DNA of 64,000 nt. It comes from Eledone cirrhosa (lineage: Eukaryota). The notes under the pieces were generated by a model. The model was given only the letters and a program-made list of their open reading frames with translations, was not told where the DNA came from and did not search any database. The stretch is from NCBI GenBank assembly GCA_964016885.1, contig OZ024746.1, forward strand, positions 16,306,001-16,370,000, written 5' to 3'. Below, in pieces: positions 1 to 64,000 of this stretch; position 1 is the first letter of the stretch, and each line of letters opens with the position of its first letter. The position numbers were made by a program, and so were the translations under genes.

Positions 1-64000
<64,000 letters not shown>

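Overview
AT-rich, microsatellite-laden eukaryotic (animal) genomic DNA; the repeat content suggests a coleoid cephalopod such as Octopus (inference). The whole window lies inside one + strand multi-exon gene with no start or stop visible. It has 17 exons (2 truncated by the window edges; about 2.17 kb coding, about 720 aa), all with GT-AG introns and phase 1-1 junctions. They encode 14 EGF-like modules (mostly calcium-binding type), one ephrin-receptor-like Cys-rich module and two 6-Cys sushi/CCP modules. The introns carry 5'-truncated RTE-clade LINEs, tRNA-derived CORE-type and Meta-type SINEs, a non-autonomous Helitron, MITEs, a decayed Ty3/Gypsy pol with nested insertions, and large minisatellites (46-bp unit over about 11.8 kb, 74-bp over about 3.3 kb, 34-bp, 40-bp). 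The most unusual signal is four cassettes, each (TA)n + an unrelated fold-back hairpin + a shared RCTC..GAGYACTC motif, one with a hammerhead-like core. Most ORFs in the supplied track are repeat artefacts. No prokaryotic system or CRISPR array is present.
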